Source of the DNA: Camelus ferus
Taxonomy: Eukaryota
Length of the DNA stretch: 64,000 nucleotides
NCBI RefSeq assembly: GCF_009834535.1
Contig: NC_045696.1
Span: forward strand, 110,424,001 to 110,488,000
Direction: 5' to 3'
Under the pieces are notes generated by a model that was not told the DNA's origin, searched no databases, and saw nothing but the letters and a program-made list of their open reading frames with translations. The position numbers and the translations under genes are program-made. Of this stretch, positions 1-11,810 are shown in pieces. Positions within the stretch are counted from its first letter, which is position 1. Every line of letters begins with the position of its first letter.

Positions 1-599
1 CAGGGACACTTTCTGTGATAAATCATCTCCATTTTATACCCAGATCATTATAGACTTAAATGGAACCTCCAGGGAGCCATGATTCATAAATCCATAGACT
101 CAAAATTAGTTTTCCATAAGCAAGACTAATTCAGGGTCGTTTCTGCTAAAAGCATTCCATAGATGGGGACTCTCCTGAAAGTCAGTCTCATTAGTTTATT
201 TACCAGAGGCTGATCATCAGCATGTTTATAAGGAGATTACGTTGGGTCGCTTGCCTTCTTTGTCTCCCAAGAGTGTCCTCCTGGTTACAGGAGAGAAATG
301 GAGGATAAGCTGGCTGCTTAACTTCTTCCCCCCAGGACTGAAATCCAAATGATACACCACAGACTGCAGTCCAACTCTGCCACACCTTAGTTATCAGAAT
401 TTCTAACCATTAGGAGGCTTTTCATGAGGGACTGGAGAGCACAGAGCTGAGCAGAGCCATCCCAAGGACCAGGTCACCAGGCCATGATACTGGGAGTGAT
501 TCACAGGAGTGAGTGAAGGAGGAACTCGTGCTACAAAAACAAAGAAATTAAATATTAGAGTCCACTTATTGAAGGTTCACTACCACAAGTTTATAAAGG

Positions 600-735
600 A
601 ATATTACCTTCATTTTACTGATGTGGGGCTGAGGCCCAGAGAGGTTAAGAAACTTGCCCAAGGTCACACAAGTGAGGAGCAAAGCCAAGAGTTAAATACA
701 AAATTGTTCAAGGCCCAATCTCAATTTCACTGTCC
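600..735 (-). mobile_element. MIR SINE
   Basis: Core CATTTTACTGATG..CTGAGGCCCAGAGAGGTTAAGAAACTTGCCCAAGGTCACAC. Confidence 0.75.
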
Positions 736-749
736 CTCCACCCGTTTCT

Positions 750-1235
750 TTATCATGCTCTATGATGCCAAAGCTTGGACTCTGCCAACCAACATTTGGT
801 TTTTGCAGCTGCTCACTGTGAGGCAATGTCAACGAGGGGCACTAGAGGGAGACTGCAAGGTCGGTGGAGGGAGAAAGGATGGGCTTTCTCCTGTTTGCTT
901 CCTGTTCTTCAAAGCATCATCCTAGAACTGTCTCTTCACCCCAACATTAGTCGGCTCCTCCTGTAGCAGCAGCTGAATCCAGTGTGCAGTTTCTGTGACA
1001 TCTGTAAAACTAGCCTCAGAGACACCTGCACCAGCCAGCCTGGGCAACCTACTCAGGGTCTGGGTCCCAGCCCCCAGGACCATCCTTTGAGTTTCCAAGT
1101 TTCAATAATTCTAACTTCTCTCATCTGTTTTCCCCAAACCTAGGGGTGATGATTGCATCCTGCTATTATTACCTCTCTGATACCTTATTGTTGTCTTTTG
1201 ACTTTTTCAATTATGTGGTTAACAATTCTTTAAAC
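750..1235. mobile_element. Old LTR-like relic (probably ERVL class)
   Basis: General resemblance to degenerate ERVL LTRs; family not determined. Confidence 0.3.
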
Positions 1236-1429
1236 TCCACTCCCCATTTGTGGCCTCCATTTGCCTCCATAAGGCAAAGTGGGTGGGACCCACTACCCCT
1301 TACACACTTCCTGTTTAGGTGAGCTTTAATTTGATTTGGGGCCTGGGATCCTAGGAGGGAAACTGAAGTTCACTCAGCTAGTGCCCTCCAGACCTTTTCG
1401 TCACTGCGTATTGTTAATTTGATATATAT

Positions 1430-2940
1430 TATTTTTCACCAACTCTATTAAGGTATGACTTATGGACCTACATCCCTTCAGAGGATACAATTTGATGCAT
1501 TTGACATGTGTATTCACCTGGGAAACCAGTGACACAATCAAGATTCAGAACATTGCTTCACCCTGCAGGCTTTCAATGTCCTTTTTCACCATCCCTCCCT
1601 CTACCCTGGACCCCAGTTGACCAACCACTAATCTGCTTTCTGTTGCTATTGACTAGTTTCCATTTTCTAGGATTTTATATAAATGGAATCATACAGTATG
1701 CAGTCTTTCATGTCTGGCTTCTTTCACTCAACATGCTTTTGAGATTCATCCATGTCGTTGCATTTATCAATTATTTAGTTCTTTTCATTGCTAAGTAATA
1801 ATCCATTGTACAGATGTAACATAGTTCATTTAGCCATTCAAATGCTGATTTGCATGTGGGTTAATTTCCAGTTTGGGGTTTTATGACTAAAGCTGCTATG
1901 AATATTTATGTATAAATCTTTTTGTAGTAAATACTTGGGCATGAAGATACTTTTTCTTTTTTACATTTAAAAAATTTTAACCACTTTTAAATGAATTATA
2001 GTTAGTTTACAATGTTGTGCTACTTTCAGATGTACAGCAAAGTGATTCAGTTTTATATATACATATATATATTCTTTTTCAGATTCTTTTCCATTATGGG
2101 ATATTACAAGATATTGACTATAGTTCCCTGTGCTAAAGTAGGTCCTTGCTGTTTATCTACTTTATATATAATAGTGTTGAAGATAGGTTATTTTTAAATT
2201 GAGCTGTAACATAAAGTGAACAAATCATAAGTATACAGATTGACAATTCTTTATATTCATATACATCTGTGTAATACCACCTAGATTAAGATTTAGAACA
2301 TTTTCAACACACAGAAAATTCCCCCGTGTCTTTCTCAGACAGCAGACTCCTCTGCCTGTTTTAGGACATCATATAAATACAGTTATAGAGTGTGTATGCA
2401 CACTTTATATCTGGCTTCTCTTGCTCAACATATGTCTATGAAATTCATTCATGCTGTTGTGCATAGGTGGAGCTCATTCTTTTTATTGCAGTGCTGCGTT
2501 ACATTGTATGGATATACATTTATTTATTTATTACCTTGGTGTAGGCCATAGGACTGCTCCCGGTTTTCTTTCTCTTGTGAATATAACTACTATGAATGTC
2601 CTTGTCCATGACCTTGTGTATTTCCACAGCTGTTCTATCAGTTTACACACCTACTACCAATGTAGGGCAATTCCAGTTACTCCATATCCTTGTCTAATAC
2701 TTGGTATTGAGGTCTTTTTCATTTTAGTCATTCGGGCAGATGTGTCACGCAATCTCATCGTGGTTTTAATTTATATTTCCCTAATGAAAAATTATGTTGA
2801 GAATTTTTTCATGTACTTACTAGTCATTTGTATACTCTCTTTTGTGAAATGTCTATTCAGGGTTTTTGTGCATTTTTAATTGGGTTATTAATATTTTTAT
2901 GATTGATTTGTAGGGGTTCTTTAGATATTCTGTACATAAC
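1430..2940 (-). mobile_element. Cluster of antisense L1 3' fragments (old L1M pieces plus a younger 3' tail at ~1975-2177)
   Basis: GTCTGGCTTCTTTCACTCAACAT..GAGATTCATCCATGT; TACAATGTTGTG..GTACAGCAAAGTGATTCAGTT; TCTCATCGTGGTTTTAATTTATATTTCCCTAATGA. Confidence 0.8.
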
Positions 2941-5900
2941 TCATTTAATTCTCTAGGAAGTGGGTGATATTATTTTCTCCATTTTTAGGATGATACTGAA
3001 AAAGTTTCTATTTTCCCAAAGTCATAGAATTAGTGAGAAAAAAATGCAGACTTGAACCCAGAACCCATGTTCTTTATTCATATAATTCATCTCATATAAT
3101 CTGTTATAAAAATCTAATGCCCACTGTTCATTCTAATCCATGATAAGCACTTAACTAAATGCCCCCCAACTACATACCACCTTGTGTCTCGGACAATAAC
3201 TCATTTGACATTGGCTTTGAGATCCTCAGTTTCAAGTGGGTTAATAATGGTGATGACTCTTCTGCCAAACTAACAGAGCCACTGTGAGGGCCAAATGAAG
3301 TAGTTCTAAAGAACCGTATCACAGGTGGCTCCATACTTGTTATAGAACATCATTGCTGTCACATCAAAATGAGCCTGAGTTTTGTGACTATGATAGGATC
3401 AGATCAAATGAGTTCTGCTCATGAAATTTCCACTCTAGGTGCACAGGAGTACTGCACTTTAGAGAAATGCTATTCTTTGTGTGAGATGTTTGACCTTGAC
3501 TGGGGACTAACATTTCGACAACTGGCTGCTCATAAACTGGAATACAAACTGAAAACCTTACGTGCAGAAATAAAAACAGAAAATTTCCACAATGACCAGA
3601 ATATTTTTAAATCAAAGTTTTGAACTGTTTTTTTCAGTTATAATTGGAGTGTCTCAACATTCAATTATCTTAAGTTTATGGACTAAAGTAAAAGCATTTT
3701 AGTTGGGTGAGAAGTACCTGCTTGATTTTAATGCTAGGTAATTTTCTATACACAATATACATTCCCATAGGTGGAATGAATTTGACCCAGTATCCAAAAT
3801 GCCTGTTTTACGCCTTTTAAGGAGCTAAAAAACAGGTAGACAAAGCGTGTAATTTGAAGTCAGAAGACCAGCATTAAGCTCTGACACACTGACTAACCCT
3901 TTACATAACAGGTTAAAAAATTTTTTTTTCTTCTCTTACAGTATCTGCCCACAGACATGGAGGGTGTAAGGCTCAAGGAGACCTCCTTTGATCTTGGGTT
4001 ATTTCAGTAACCACCAATCAGCAGAGTTTTGCTAGGAAATTTTTACTCAAAACAATACAAGATAGAAAATACAGACTCACAGTTGACTAAACTTCCACTT
4101 ACCCTCCCCCCCAACCCCCATTACAAGCTTATCTCTGTATTCTATGCACAAAGGAGATAAAAAGAATAAATAAAACTCATGGTCCTTGCTTTCTAATAGC
4201 CACAACCTATGATCAAAACTAACTACCCGTAGATGAAAAATAATTTTGAAGACATATAAACAAAATTTGAACAAAAGTAAACAATATGAGAATGACCATG
4301 ATTTTTCGTGTGTGAAGGAAACGCAAAATGAGAGAAAAGTATCATAAAATCACGAGGGAAGAGTTGATGGAGATTGACTGGAGGTAGCTGTACCCACTTA
4401 AACCATTTTATTTCCTACCAGAGAATTTATGTATTTCTGCAGCCACAGACCTTGGATGATCTTTGGTAGATATTTCATTGCTCTGTGACTCAGTTTCTTC
4501 AATTATCAAACAGAAAATCATGCTCCTCCTTCCTTATATCAATCTCAGGGTGATATGTGGAAAACACTGAGAAATATCTCATTTTATTATTGCAGATATA
4601 TTTGAGATAAAATGCAGATAAGTTAAATTATATGTCATAGACACTTACATCAATGATAATTAAGAGATAGCCCAATGAGCCAATTTATCTCTGCAGCCTA
4701 AACTTAAGGCAGATAAAAATAAAAACCTTATGACAGGGTAGATTCACACAGAATTGTGAATGAAGCTTACAGGTTTTTAAACATTTCGGTCAGCATTTTT
4801 AATGTACCAGGAGTGAGATGTTGAGAACTAAAACAGTAAAGTATTTCTAGCAAGCAAAAAGGGCTTTTTTTTTTTTTGAATTAAGTTTTTAAAAAATCGG
4901 GTCAAAGTTAATTAACTCTATTGCTGCCAGGAGCATCTGAACCATTTATTTTCTCCGTGTTAATTGGACAACAGAGATTTCCTTGGTCAACACCTAAGTG
5001 AAAGATGTAGAAGGAATTCTTCCATCTAATTAATCCATGAGAAGGAATTATTTGCCAAATAAATGAATCAGTAAATAGATGAATGAATCAATTGTTAAAA
5101 ATAGATATTTACATGCTACAAATGATCCTGCTCTTTTATAAATAAATGATCTGCAATTAGTATTGTTTTTGTCAAGTATTTTTCTGCTCTAAAATTTCTA
5201 AAATTGAAGTTATAGGGGGTGTGGCCAAAATGGAAAAATAAGAAGACCCTGAGCTCACCTCCTTCTACAAGCGTATAAAAAAATGTAACTATTTAAAGAG
5301 CAACTATCTATGAGTGTGACCTGAAGACCAGCAGAAAATATTTTGCACAACTAAAGATACAAAGGATGAACTACAACAAGACAGGTAGGAGGGGCAGAGA
5401 CACGGTATAATCAAGACCCACACTCCCAGAGGGACAACTCACAAACTAAAGGGTAATCACCCTTGCAGGGGTTTTCCTAAAGGAGGGAGAGGTCCAAGTC
5501 CCAGACTTGACTCTGCAACCAGGGGTCCTGAATGGGGAAGATGAACCCCCAGAAAGCTGGCTTTGAAGACCAGTGGGGCTTATACATGTGACAGCCAGAG
5601 GGCCACAGGAAACAGAGATTCCACTCTTAAAGGGAATACTCAAAAATCACACTCCAAGACCCACATCAGAGGCAGTGATTTGAAAGGGGCCTGGGTCAGA
5701 CACACTTGCTGAACATGGAGAGCCTCCCAGAGAGACAGGAGGCAATGGGACTACCCCTGGGAACACAGATGCTGGTGGCTGCCATTTTGGGGGAGCTTTT
5801 CTGCAATGAAGACACTGCTGCTGACAAGCACCACTTGGAGTGTTCTCTCCAGCCTATTAGTGCCCAAGGGCCTACCTACCCACCAACAGGCCACATCAGT

Positions 5901-6563
5901 CCTTGGACCCCCCGCCTCCCGCCCCAGACTGAGCAGCCAGCTGCATGAGGGCCCAGCACTACCCACCAGCAGATGGCACCCACTGCACAAGGCTGGGCCT
6001 GGCAGCCAATCAGGCAGAGCCAGCCTCACTTAATCAGCTCACCCACAGTGGTTGGCCCACCACAACAAAAGGGCCTACACACCCACATAAGGAAGCACCC
6101 CTAGAGCGTAGAGCTCTGGTGAACATATCCTACATAAGGCCATTTCTCCAAGTTCAGGAAACGACCTACCAAATTCACAGAAATAGGCACAGAGAATTAA
6201 GCACAATGAGGACACAGAGGAATATGTTCCAAATGAAGGAACAAGACAAAATCTCACAAGAACTAAGTGAAGTGGTGATAAGCAATCTATCTGATAAAGA
6301 GTTCAAGGTAATGATCATTAAGACGTCCAACAAACTCAGGAGAAGAAACAAAGAGTTAGAAAATACAAAGAAGAACCAAACAGAGCTGAAGAATGCAATA
6401 ACTAAAGTGAAAAATACACTTGAAGTAATCAACAGTAGATTAGATGATACAGAGGAATGGATCAGCAGGTTGCAAGACAGAATAGCGGAAATTACCCAAG
6501 CTGAATAGAAAAAAAAAAGAAAGAAAGAAAGAAAAAAGAATTTTTAAAAAATGAGGAGAGTTT

Positions 6564-7757
6564 TTTTTCCCTGTCAAGATGGCAGAGTGGTAGGAGCACG
6601 AGCTCACCTCTCCTCATGACTACAATGAAACCACAACTGACTGCTAGACAACCATCAAAAAAAGACTGGAACCTAGCAAAGAAGATTGTCTTCAACTGGA
6701 AACATAAAGAGAGAACCACAGCAGGATGGTAGGAGGGGTGTGCTCAGGTCAAGGCACAAGATAAAATTCCAGAAGAAATAAGTGATGAAGAGATAAGCAA
6801 TTTATCTGAGAAAGAGTTTAAAGTAATGATGACAAAGATGTTCAGAGAGCTCAAGAGGAGTATAGATGCACAGAGTGAAGTTTTTAGCAAAGAGTTGGAA
6901 AATATAAAGAATACCCAAACAGAGTTGAAGAATAAAATCACTGAAATGAATAACATACTAGAAGAAACCAAGAATAGACTAAATGAGGCAGAGAATGGAT
7001 CAATGAACTAGAAGACAGATTAGTGGATATCACTACTGCAGACTTGGGAAAGGAAACAGTCACCCAAGTCCAGGAAGTGCAGAGTTCCAGACAGGATCAA
7101 CCCAAAGAGGAACAAACCAAGGCACACAGTAATCAAACTGACACAAATTAAGGATAAGGAGAAAATATTAAAATTAGCAAGAGAAAAGCAACAAAAAACA
7201 TACAAGGGAGCTCCCATAAGGTTATCAGCTGTTTTTTCAGCAGAAACTCTACAAGCCAGAAGGGAGTATCAAAATGTAAAAAAAAAAAAATGTTGTATTA
7301 GTTTCTGGTGTACAGTATAGATGGACTTGGAGAGCATTATGCTAAGTGAAATAAGTCAGACAGAGAAAGACAAATGCTGTAAGATATTACTTATATGTGG
7401 AATCTAAAAATATACAACTAACTAGTTAATATAACAGAAAAGAAACAGACTCACAGATATAGAGAAGGAACTAGAGGTACCAGTGGGGAGTTGGAAGGGG
7501 GAGGAGCAAGATGGAGGTGGGAGGATTAAGAGGTACAAACAATCAGGTATAAAATAAGCTACAAGGATGTATTGTACAACACAGGAAATACAGCCCATAT
7601 TTTATAAGAACTATAAATGGAGTATAATATTTAAAATTTGTGACTCATTATACTGTATACCTGTAACATATAATATTGTACATCAACTATACTTCAATTT
7701 AAAAATATGATATTTAAAATATAAATAAATAAATAAATAAAATTTAAAAATTTTTTT
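6564..7757 (+). mobile_element. Nested, internally deleted mosaic L1 flanked by a target-site duplication
   Basis: TSD AAATGAGGAGAGTTT (6549-6563) / AAATGAGGGAAGTTT (7758-7772); contains CAAGATGGC 5' end, ORF1 pieces, 3' end and A-rich tail. Confidence 0.75.
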
Positions 7758-8400
7758 AAATGAGGGAAGTTTAAGAGAAATCTGAGACAACATCAAGCAT
7801 ACTAAAATTGCATTATAAGGGTCCCAGAAGGAGATAAGAGAGAAAGGGACAGAGAACTTATTTGAAGTGATAGTTGAGAAAAAGTTTCCTGAGACAGGAA
7901 ACAGACTTCCAGGTCCAGGAAGCACAGAGTCCCAAACAAGATGAATCCAAATAGGTCCACACCAAGACACATTGTAATTAAAATGGCAAAAATTAGAGAT
8001 GAAGAGAAAATCTTAAAAGCAGCAAGAGAAAAGCAACTAGTTACGTTTACAAGGAAACTCCCATAAGACTATCATCTGACTTTTCAGCAGAAACTTTGCA
8101 GACCAGACGGGGGTGGCACAATGTTTTCAAAGTGATAGAGGAAAAAAGCTACAGCCAAGAATATTCTACCTGATAAATTATCATTCAGATTTAAAGGAGA
8201 GATAAAGAGTTTTATGGACAATCAAAACTGAAAGAGTTCAGGACCACTAAACTGGCTTTACAAGAACTGTTAAAGGGACTTCTATAAGCAGAAAAGAAGG
8301 AACCACACTAGAGATATAAATATTATGAAAGGAAAAATCTCATTTGTAAAAGCACACCTACAGTAAAGGTAGTAGATCAACCACAAATAAAGCTAGTGGG

Positions 8401-8556
8401 GAGAGGGAGGGTATAGCTCAAGTGGTAGAGTGTATGCTTAGCATACAAAAGGTCCTGGGTTCAATCCCCAGTACCTCTTCTAAAAATAAATAAATGAGTA
8501 AACCTAATTACCTCCCACTACCAAAAACAAAAAAAACAAAAACAAAAACAAAAAAC
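8401..8556 (+). mobile_element. tRNA-derived SINE (camelid Vic-1-like)
   Basis: A box TAGCTCAAGTGG, B box GGTTCAATCCC, AAACCTAATTACCTCCC motif and A-rich tail. Confidence 0.85.
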
Positions 8557-9898
8557 TAATAGGAGAATTAAAAGACAAAAGCAGTAAAATTGTCTATGTC
8601 CACAATAAGTAATTAAAGGATACACAAAACAAAAAGATGTAAAATGTGATGTCAAAACATTAAACATGGAGTGAAAATGCAGGATTGTTCAAATGCATTT
8701 GGATGGAAGAGATTATCAACTTAAAATAATTATATATTTGTTATATATGAAATTCATGGTAACCACAAACTAAGAATCTATAATACATACACTCAAAAAA
8801 TAGAGAAACGATTCCAAACATAACACTAAAGATAGTCATGAAATCACAAGGGAGGAGAACAAAAGAAGAAGAAAGGGGGAAAAAAAGAACTACAAAAGCA
8901 ATCAGAAAACAAAATGGCAATAAGTATATACCTATAAATAATTGCAAAATGGACTAAATGCTCCAATCAAAAAACAAAGAGTATCTAAATGGATACAGAA
9001 ACAAGACCCATATATGCACTGCCTACAAGACTCACTTCAGATCTAAAGACACACACAGACTGAAAGTGAGAGGATGGAAAAATATATTCCATCCAAGTGA
9101 AAAAAAAAAAAGAAAGCTGGTGTATCAATACTTACATCAGACAAAATAGACTTTAAAGCAAAGACTTAACAAGAGCCAAAGAAGCACATTACAAAATGTA
9201 AAGGGATCAATCCAAGAAGAAGATATAACATTGTAAATATACATGCACCAACACAGGAGCACCTAAATACATAAATCAAATATTAACAGACATAAAGGGA
9301 GAAACTGACAGTAAACAATAATATTAGGGGGCTTTAACACCCCACTTACATCAATGGACAGATCATCCAGACATAAAGTCAATAAACACTGGCCTTAAAT
9401 GACACATTAGAGCAGGTGAACTTAACAGATATATAAACATTCCATCTGAAAGAAGCAGAACACACATTCTTTTCAAGTGCACATGGGACATTCTCCAGGA
9501 TAGATTACATGCTAGTACACAAAAGAAGCTGAAATAAATCTAAGAAGACTGAAATCATATCAAGCATCTTTTCCCCAGTGGTATGAGACTAGAAATCAAC
9601 TACAAGAAATTACAGGATTATATGAAATCATGTGTGTAAAATTTTTGAAAATCATAAAGCACTATAGAATTTAAAGAATCTTTCACTGTATTAAAAAAAT
9701 TAAAAATGAAAAAGAAAGAAAATAATGTAACACCTTTATACTCTGAAATTGTCATTGGTGGCTAGGGAATATAAATAATCACTTTTTGTTAGTAACTAAT
9801 GACATTTTCTTTATTACCATATTGTACATCATGTGATAGGCATTGTCTGATGTAAAACCTGAACCATTTGGTCAATTGTGATTAAACCTGAGAAATGA

Positions 9899-10050
9899 GG
9901 GGGAGGGTAAAGCTCAGGGGCAGAGCACATGCTTGGCATGCAGGAGGTCCTAGATTCAATCCCTGGTACCTAAATAAAAATAAATAAATAAACAAATGAA
10001 CAAACAAACCAACCAACCTAATTCCCACCAAAAATAAATAAAAATAAATA
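9899..10050 (+). mobile_element. tRNA-derived SINE (Vic-1-like)
   Basis: Same head and tail; TSD AAACCTGAGAAATGA / AAAACTGAAAAATGA. Confidence 0.85.
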
Positions 10051-10869
10051 AAACTGAAAAATGAATAAATCACTTGTTCATTATAAAAAAAAGTCCAATC
10101 ACTATGTTTATACCTGTACAATATTGTAAGTCAGTTATACTTTTTAAGTTAATTAATTAATTGAAATAAAATTGAAGTTACAGATTCTAGAAATTCACTT
10201 TGAGGTGGTTACCTGTGGGACAAGTTCTCAAACAGAAAATTAGGGATATAAACAAGCTCAAAACCTGTCAATATTCTCCGTTCTACCCGTAAGTGTGGAC
10301 TACAGAAATTCATGACATGACACAAGAATTTACCATGAGGTTTAATAAGCAGCTCTAGCTGAAAGAGAAGGAGACCAGTTTGTGCTGGAGGCAGCTGAGA
10401 AGCAACAGAAAACTGAAAGGGCCCTTGGAATAGGGGGTCACCACTGAAGTCCCCTCAAACAATTAGGCTGACACTCCTAGGTGAGGAGATGCACAGAGCA
10501 GACCTACCCTCCTGCTGATGACTATGGCTCAGACAGGCTGGACAAGACGGAAAGAAATGGGCCAGAGATGAGACTAGGACTTCCAGGGGTCATCTCCACT
10601 GTTAGCTCAGGGAAGAGTAGAGAAGGAACTCCACCACTGGGCTGAAGCTCAAGACAGCTCCATGTGGGGAGGAGCAGAGAGTCTTGTTACAACAGGACTC
10701 AAAGGGGCCAGTGGAACTTCAAGGAGGAAATTTAGTGCAAGTCAGGGTCAGAGAATGCAGCTCCAGAATGTAAATCCAAGGGAGGTTCCTGCTAACAGGA
10801 ATTAAATTAAATTAAAATGATTCCCAGGAGGCTGGACACAGTGGTAGCCCTAAGTGGGGGAAGCCATGG

Positions 10870-11810
10870 ATGGACTTCAATATCCAAAAGCTTACTTGAT
10901 AGCTCCTCTCTGGGCCCTCAGACGAACTTCAAACTCAACGTATCAGAAACAAAAACTCATGAAAAACTGGTTTCCTGAAAACCAGATCGTCCATCTGTTA
11001 TTGCTTCTGAGTTCAGCAAATGGCACACCCATTCCTCCAGTCTCCCAGCTCAGAAAGCTAGGTCCCAACCCCAGTAACCCTTCCCTCACCCTCCAATTCT
11101 TCTTGTCTGGCCATTTCTCTCCATCTCCCACGATGCTGGTCCAAGCCACTCCCGCTGTTTGTTTGGATTTAGAAGCAGCCTCCCAGTGAAAATCTGAACA
11201 AATTTGTCCCCTGTAGTAACCTGTTCTCAAGGCAACCAAAGTGGACATTGTTTCCAAATGCAACTCTGATCATGTCATATCATTGGTCAGAACCCTTTTA
11301 AGGCTTCTCACTGCTTTGGGGATAAAGGAGAAACTCCTTATGACAGTCTCCAAAGCACGTATTTGTCTGGCTCCCGCCCACTTCTCTAGCCTTGCTAGCT
11401 CCACACAGCCCTCAGCAATCCGTTCTGGCCATTTTGTCCTTCTTTAAGCCCTCTGCACTCACTAGATTCTGTCTAGCCAAAGGGCCTTTCATCTAGGAAT
11501 TCCACCTCATCCTTTCAGACTTCAGCTCAAGCAGCTCCTCTGCAGGAAAGCTTCCCTGACCTCCCTGGCCAGGTGGGTCTCCCTCTTCTGAATGACTTAT
11601 ACTGAGACTCTCTCCCACGTAGCTCTTTTCAAACTGTTGAAATTTCACACCCATTCATACAATCTGTTTGTATTACTGTTAGACTTCTCCCTAGGTTCTC
11701 TACATTCCACAAGTGCAAGGTAAGGGTCTGTTCTTTTCCCACCACTGGACCTCAAGCCCTCAGAAAATAATAAACAGGCCAAGCATTGTTGAAAATTAAA
11801 TGAATGAACT
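10870..11810 (+). mobile_element. LINE-2 3' region
   Basis: CTTCAAACTCAACGTATC, CAAATGGCAC, CTGATCATGTCA, CCTTTCAGACTTCAGCTCAA; ends in TGAATGAA. Confidence 0.75.

Larger units (their letters stand above)
5215..9610 (+). mobile_element. LINE-1, 5' portion (5'UTR, decayed ORF1, endonuclease part of ORF2), 3'-truncated and interrupted by nested insertions
   Basis: 5' monomer CCAAAATGG..GACCCTGAGCTCACC; ORF1 from ATG 6206 (MFQMKEQDK..LSDKEFKVMIIK); ORF1 C-terminal half 7775-8290; ORF2 EN-like sequence from ~8914 (HRLKVRGWKNIFH). Confidence 0.92.

Noticed and set aside
509..2879. ORFs of 96-142 aa (509-925, 1508-1798, 2451-2879)
   Set aside because: They run through MIR/LTR and antisense L1 relics; no recognisable protein or splice structure.
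5945..6508. 187-aa ORF with coiled-coil character
   Set aside because: It is the L1 5'UTR plus N-terminal ORF1p, ending at a premature stop before a nested insertion; not a host gene.
8405..8480. tRNA-like sequences (also 9899, 21135, 27840)
   Set aside because: Degenerate cloverleaf, A-rich tails and TSDs mark them as SINE heads, not tRNA genes.
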